Positions 15,155-19,306 of a stretch of 19,306 bases of DNA are shown piece after piece. The position numbers were made by a program, and so were the translations under genes. Within the stretch, counting starts at the first letter, position 1, and each line of letters opens with the position of its first letter. Source of the DNA: Candidatus Auribacterota bacterium (GTDB lineage Bacteria > Auribacterota > UBA6266); contig JAGLRQ010000139.1 of NCBI GenBank assembly GCA_023136205.1, positions 1 to 19,306 of the forward strand. The letters run 5' to 3'. The notes below the pieces were generated by a model. The model was not told the DNA's origin. It searched no databases and saw only the letters and a list, made by a program, of their open reading frames with translations.

Positions 15155-16771
15155 GTGGATAGAAAAAAAGGCCTGGGTGGATTGGAATCTGCTGAGGTTT
15201 TACATACAGGCAGTATTAAAAAACTCTTTAAGAAATTAAAGCTGTTTTTAGATGTCAGACACAGGATAATTACCGGCCTGGATATAGACGGCAGAATGAT
15301 AAAATTAGTTCAGCTTAAGACAGTGCCTTCCGGGACGCAGGTAGTTAAATGCGTCTCAAAGGAAGTTGACTTTAACGATGATTTACCGGAAGAAGAAAGA
15401 GAAGATATTTTAGTTAACGCGTTAAAGGAGATTTTCCATGAGAATAAAATCAAGGCTAAATTTTTAATTACCGCGCTTCCCAGAGACCTGGCAGTTGTGA
15501 GATATATTACTCTTCCATCCGGGGATGAGGCAGAAATAAGGCAAATGATTAAATTTGAGGCTGAAAGACATATCCCTTTTCCTATAGACAAGGTAGAAAT
15601 AGATTTTCAAATTATTAATAAGGGGCCCGAAGAATCGGAAATTTTCCTGGTAGCCGTAAAAAAAGAACTAATAGATCGCCGGATTTCTTTACTTAAAAAA
15701 GCCGGTGTAATTCCCTCTGTTATTGATTTAAGTTCTTTTGCTGTTTTTAATTCTTTTATCAATAATGATGACAGGGCGGCTACGGGCGCCGCTGCCCTAA
15801 TAGATGTGGGGCAAAGGGCAGTAGAAATAAACATAGTTCGCGATGGATTGCTTTGTTTTACAAGGAGTGCCCTTCTTGGTGAAAGTAAAAAGCCCCAAAA
15901 CAGTTTATGGAAAAAAAATCTTCTGGATGAAATCAAGCGGTCCTTTGATGCTTTTAAAGTTGAGCCGCGGGGGGCAGACATTGAACGAATAGTGTTAAGC
16001 GGAGAAGTAAGCTCTGACGAAGAATCCTCTAACGGGGTAAAAAAATCAGATGACTTGGAAATTTTTTTAAAAGAGAACCTTGATGGGGCGGTAGAGCGGG
16101 CAAATTCTTTTAATAAAATACAATTTGTTTTATCCTCGGATGATAAACAAAAGTTGGCTTCTTTTATGCCGGCGGCGGTGGGTTTGGCTTTAAGAAAAGT
16201 AGTAAGGAACAAAATCGAAATTAATCTACTGCCGTCAGAGTTTCTTTCAGGAAGAAAAAAAGAAAAAAGAAAGAGATTTTTACAAGTTTCGGGTTTTTTA
16301 GCTGGTTTTATAATTTTTTTAGCCGCCGGTTTTACATTTGGCAGAATTTATACAACAAAGGCAAGGCTAAAGGATTTAAACAGTAGAATAGAAAAGTTAA
16401 AACCGACTGTACTGGAAGCCAAAAAAATGCAGGCACAGATAGAACTTATTTCTTTTTATACTGAAAACCAGAGCCTGTGCCTGGAGATTTTGAGAGAATT
16501 AAGCCTGAAAACCGTTATTCCCGATGAAGTGTATCTTACTAATTTAGTATTTGGGAAAGATAAGTCAGTAAATATTAGAGGGATAACCACTTCCCATTCT
16601 ATTGTTTCCCAGATAGTAGTTAATTTGAAGAGTTCTCCTTTTTTTGAGAATATCGAACGCAGGTTCTCACGCGCTAACAAAATGAGCGGCAGGGATGTGG
16701 TAGAATTTGAAATTTATTGCCCCTTAGCAAAGAGGAGTAGTTCAGAGTCCATAGATTATGGCCCGCGGTAA
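15155..16771 (+). CDS. Fused PilM-like (actin-like ATPase fold) and PilN-like assembly protein, the functional equivalent of GspL
   Basis: GTG start 1 nt after the gspK stop, with AGGGAG 7 nt upstream. PilM motifs: ITGLDIDGRMIKLVQL, IKFEAERHIPFPIDKVEIDFQI, VIDLSSFAV and ALIDVGQRAVEINIV. The PilN hallmark INLLP follows at 16220-16234, then TM segment FLQVSGFLAGFIIFLAAGFTFG, a coiled coil and a ferredoxin-like C-terminus. Confidence 0.8.
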   Translation: MDRKKGLGGLESAEVLHTGSIKKLFKKLKLFLDVRHRIITGLDIDGRMIKLVQLKTVPSGTQVVKCVSKEVDFNDDLPEEEREDILVNALKEIFHENKIKAKFLITALPRDLAVVRYITLPSGDEAEIRQMIKFEAERHIPFPIDKVEIDFQIINKGPEESEIFLVAVKKELIDRRISLLKKAGVIPSVIDLSSFAVFNSFINNDDRAATGAAALIDVGQRAVEINIVRDGLLCFTRSALLGESKKPQNSLWKKNLLDEIKRSFDAFKVEPRGADIERIVLSGEVSSDEESSNGVKKSDDLEIFLKENLDGAVERANSFNKIQFVLSSDDKQKLASFMPAAVGLALRKVVRNKIEINLLPSEFLSGRKKEKRKRFLQVSGFLAGFIIFLAAGFTFGRIYTTKARLKDLNSRIEKLKPTVLEAKKMQAQIELISFYTENQSLCLEILRELSLKTVIPDEVYLTNLVFGKDKSVNIRGITTSHSIVSQIVVNLKSSPFFENIERRFSRANKMSGRDVVEFEIYCPLAKRSSSESIDYGPR

Positions 16772-16830
16772 AATCTTTACCGATCCATTGACAGCGGACT
16801 GTCGGCTATAGACTAACAAAAGGTAGATTT

Positions 16831-17361
16831 ATGACTTTATCAAAGAGGGAAAAGGCGATACTTTATTCTTGTATTATACTGGTTGTCGCGGCCGGCTTAT
16901 ATGTGTTTATTATCGAGCCGACAGCAAAAGAATGGAGCGAATTAGAAAAAAAAGTGCGGAGCAAAGAAACGAAGTTAAACAGGGATTTAAAGATTGCCGC
17001 AGAAAAAGAACAATTAAATAAAAAATTCACAATAGTTAAGCAGAAACTTAAAACCATATCGTCTGACGAGGGGCAGCCCGCGTCCTGGCTGACTCAGTTG
17101 GAAACATTAGCCGGGCAGGCACAGCTTCAAATCTCTAATATTGAGCCACTGCCGCCAAAGGAGTACGATTTCTATAAAAAATCTTCAATTCATATGATTC
17201 TTTTATGTAATTTAGCGGGCTTGAATAAATTTTTATACAAAATACAAAATTTACCCGCTATGGTCAGCGTTGAAAAGTTAGAGATAACTCCGGCTAGCAG
17301 AGATGCTTCATTGTTGAAAGTGGAAATGTTAATTTCAACGGTTTTACCCTATAGAGATTAA
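16831..17361 (+). CDS. PilO / GspM-like bitopic assembly protein
   Basis: 176 aa. Short cytoplasmic N-terminus, TM segment AILYSCIILVVAAGLYVFII, a coiled coil, and a C-terminal alpha-beta domain (LNKFLYKIQNLPAMVSVEKLEI). This is the same architecture and operon position as PilO/GspM. The sequence-level call is weak. Confidence 0.6.
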   Translation: MTLSKREKAILYSCIILVVAAGLYVFIIEPTAKEWSELEKKVRSKETKLNRDLKIAAEKEQLNKKFTIVKQKLKTISSDEGQPASWLTQLETLAGQAQLQISNIEPLPPKEYDFYKKSSIHMILLCNLAGLNKFLYKIQNLPAMVSVEKLEITPASRDASLLKVEMLISTVLPYRD

Positions 17362-17362
17362 A

Positions 17363-18340
17363 ATGATAAAACGCGGTTTGTACAAGCATTCTTTATTAAT
17401 ATTTTTAGCCGGCTTTTTCCTATGCGGGCCGGCGGCGCGTATTGCCTTAGCGCAAAAACAAGAAGATAAATCCAGTGCCCTCGAGCAAGGTATCCATTCC
17501 CCAAAACCATTTTCTTACTATGAGTCAATTAGTAAAAGGAATCTCTTTAGGCCATTATGGCTGGCAGAACCAAAGGTTGACTCCGGCGCGGAACAGCGTG
17601 AAGCCGATGCTGCGAAGAGAAAATTAGAGGCAGAATTAAAAAGGCTGAAAGCGGGTTTGAAATTGAGCGGCATAGTCAATAACGGTGAATATTCTCAGGC
17701 TATTATCGAGGATAGGCGTAAAGGAGGCGGCAACTTTTTCTATAAGGAAGGAGATGTTATCCAGGATGTTAAAGTCACAAGTATTGACGAGAGCAAATTG
17801 GAAGTTATTTTAGATTTTAAAGGCGAAGAAGTAATTTTAGATTTGATATCTGATATTAAGAAGCCCGGGAAATCCCCGTCTTCTTCTCGAGAGGATAAGA
17901 TTCAAATCTCACCTGAAGTTCAAAAAAGGCCTGGGCCCAGAGAGGGTATTTCCCCCCGTAGGCCTCCCGCGTCCGGTAAAGCAAAAGATAGAAATATAGA
18001 GAAGAAAAAATTAATCTTGAAATTATTGCCTCTTCGGGGTTATCTGGGCATAGATGTTCAGGAGATTACTCCAGGTTTAGCCAGAAAGTTACAATTGTCT
18101 TTTGACAAGGGATTGTATATAGTAAGAGTTCGAGGCGGTTCTCAAGCCGATAAGGATAGCCTAAGGAGAGGAGATTTAATATTGGGAATAAATGAGCAGA
18201 AGGTGACAAACCTGAAAGATATCCAGCGGGTTTTTGATAAAGTAGAACCTGATGAAAAAATATCTTTGACGGTTGTGAAAGATAAAAGTCAGACCGAACA
18301 AACCTTGATAATTGAGCTTAGCGGCGAGGGAATTGATTGA
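17363..18340 (+). CDS. gspC: GspC-like protein: TM anchor, HR/PilP-like beta domain, basic Pro/Lys-rich linker and C-terminal PDZ domain
   Basis: TM segment LLIFLAGFFLCGPAA. RNLFRPLW box. HR-like LKLSGIVNNGEYSQAIIED...FFYKEGDVIQDVKVTSIDESKLEVIL. Linker KKPGKSPSSSRED...RPGPREGISPRRPPASGKAKD. PDZ domain from 18041: YLGIDVQEITPGLARKL...GLYIVRVRGGSQADKDSLRRGDLILGINEQKV. It sits 1 nt upstream of the secretin gene. Confidence 0.65.
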   Translation: MIKRGLYKHSLLIFLAGFFLCGPAARIALAQKQEDKSSALEQGIHSPKPFSYYESISKRNLFRPLWLAEPKVDSGAEQREADAAKRKLEAELKRLKAGLKLSGIVNNGEYSQAIIEDRRKGGGNFFYKEGDVIQDVKVTSIDESKLEVILDFKGEEVILDLISDIKKPGKSPSSSREDKIQISPEVQKRPGPREGISPRRPPASGKAKDRNIEKKKLILKLLPLRGYLGIDVQEITPGLARKLQLSFDKGLYIVRVRGGSQADKDSLRRGDLILGINEQKVTNLKDIQRVFDKVEPDEKISLTVVKDKSQTEQTLIIELSGEGID

Positions 18341-18341
18341 A

Positions 18342-19306
18342 ATGAAAATTAAATATTTCAAATTCAAAATAGGTATAATTAATTTCATTTTAGCCGCGCT
18401 ACTGGTTACACTTTCTTTTTCCGATGAATCATCTGAATCCTCTACGGATGAGAAAGATGCTGAAAACCTTATCTCTTTTAATTTTCAGGATACGGAGATA
18501 GATCTGGTCTTGCGGTTTTTCAGTGAAGCTGCCGGCTTGACTTTCATCAAAGGAGACGGCGTTAGAGGCAAGGTGACGGTCATAGGTTCTGTTAAACTGC
18601 CATTGAACGAGGCTCTTGATGTTCTCTCCGCGATACTCGAAGTAAAAGGCCTTACTATGATACGTTCGGACAATGTGATAAAGGTGGTTGCCCAGGCGGC
18701 AGCAACCAAGAAGAGGGTTGAAACCCGCGTTGGCCGTGATCCTGAAGCCTTTAAACCCGAGGATAAAGTTGTTACTCAAATAATTTCTCTTGAATATGTA
18801 GCCGCGTCCGAAATTAAAGGAATTTTAGGGGGTATGATTTTTTCCGGGGGCAGTATAATTGCCAATGAAAGGACGAATACCCTGGTAATAACCGATATAG
18901 CTTCAAATATAGAGAGATTAATCAAAGTCCTGGAACAGTTAGATGTTGAAGTTTGTGAAGAGAACATCCTGATCGAAATTATTCCTCTCGAATATTCCGA
19001 TGAAGTCGAGTTGTCAAAGATATTAAAACAGGTTTTTAGCCGTCCCAAAACAAAAACAAAGATGCCTCGAAAAAAAGGACCGCTTTCTGCTGTACCTGGA
19101 ACGGCGGTTAGGGCAATTATAGGGGAAGTAACTATTATCCCTGACGAGAGGCTTCACTCTTTGATAATAATGACCGCTGAACCTAATTTTGAAGTGGTAA
19201 AGCGAATGATAAAAAACCTTGACCGGGAAAGTCCTCCTTCAGCCGATAATATTCGCATTTTTCCTCTTCAAAATGGCAAGGCGGAAGAGGTAGCCGCGGT
19301 GTTTAA
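18342..19306 (+). CDS. gspD: T2SS outer-membrane secretin GspD, 5' part (signal peptide plus N0-N1-N2 domains). It continues beyond the window.
   Basis: Not in the ORF track because there is no stop. The frame from the ATG at 18342 is open to the window end (321 codons). Signal peptide: MKIKYFKFKIGIINFILAALLVTLSFS. N0 domain: ISFNFQDTEIDLVLRFFSEAAGLTFI...VKLPLNEALDVLSAILEVKGLTMI. Repeated N-domain blocks: IISLEYVAASEIKGIL...ANERTNTLVITD...IERLIKVLEQLD, IIPLEYSDEVELSKIL...PDERLHSLIIM, and IRIFPLQNGKAEEVAAVF. Confidence 0.9.
   Translation, partial: MKIKYFKFKIGIINFILAALLVTLSFSDESSESSTDEKDAENLISFNFQDTEIDLVLRFFSEAAGLTFIKGDGVRGKVTVIGSVKLPLNEALDVLSAILEVKGLTMIRSDNVIKVVAQAAATKKRVETRVGRDPEAFKPEDKVVTQIISLEYVAASEIKGILGGMIFSGGSIIANERTNTLVITDIASNIERLIKVLEQLDVEVCEENILIEIIPLEYSDEVELSKILKQVFSRPKTKTKMPRKKGPLSAVPGTAVRAIIGEVTIIPDERLHSLIIMTAEPNFEVVKRMIKNLDRESPPSADNIRIFPLQNGKAEEVAAVF

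Noticed and set aside
15607-16212. A 201-aa ORF on the - strand, the longest antisense ORF in the window.
   Set aside because: It lies entirely antisense to the well-supported PilM-like domain. The translation is Ser/Leu/Phe/Arg-rich low-complexity sequence (SSSELTSPL, SSRRFFFH), typical of the reverse frame of a Lys/Glu-rich gene. It has no recognisable motif and no RBS context.
16788-16814. A perfect TTGACA (16788-16793) overlapping a small hairpin, GACAG-cgga-CTGTC (16790-16803), followed by TATAGA (16807-16812), in the gap between the PilMN and PilO-like genes.
   Set aside because: The spacer to TATAGA is only 13 nt, and 15 nt to TAGACT, which is too short for a sigma70 promoter. The 5-bp hairpin has no U-tract, so it is not a convincing terminator either. 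It may be a minor mRNA processing or stability element, but the evidence is insufficient.
18429-19048. Three - strand ORFs from the track (18429-18779, 18485-18709, 18776-19048), which are the track's only calls after 18388.
   Set aside because: They lie antisense to a + strand frame that is open from the ATG at 18342 to the window end and carries clear GspD N0/N1/N2 motifs. The track misses gspD only because it has no stop codon in the window.

Overview
AT-rich bacterial chromosomal window. Every gene I can support is on the + strand. I found no tRNA, rRNA, CRISPR array, IS element or integrase.

Positions 1-7307 are housekeeping genes: the 3' end of a BioA-like aminotransferase, a fused PabB-PabC, a CPBP intramembrane protease, MtnA, and an overlapping thiL-tsaE-tsaB-alr block. 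A hairpin follows alr, and then a 174-nt AT-rich intergenic region.

Positions 7482-19306 are a single, tightly coupled type II secretion (T2SS)-like operon. Its order is: SurA-N-like periplasmic protein, GspE, GspF, GspG, GspH-like, GspI-like, an unrecognisable bitopic coiled-coil protein with an acidic tail, GspJ-like, GspK, a PilM-PilN fusion (GspL equivalent), a PilO/GspM-like protein, a GspC-like PDZ protein, and the 5' part of the GspD secretin. The secretin runs off the window and is missing from the supplied ORF track because it has no stop.

The points most worth a second look are:
- the non-canonical operon architecture, which combines T2SS pseudopilins with a type IV pilus (T4P)-style inner-membrane platform and places C-D last;
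- the orphan gene inserted between gspI and gspJ;
- a tandem MshEN-type c-di-GMP-binding motif at the GspE N-terminus;
- inverted arrays of heptamer repeats that form a long imperfect hairpin inside the unusually long leader-coding region of the GspJ-like gene.

All family assignments come from motifs I read in the translations. No database search was run. The lineage is unknown; an uncultivated AT-rich phylum is only a guess.
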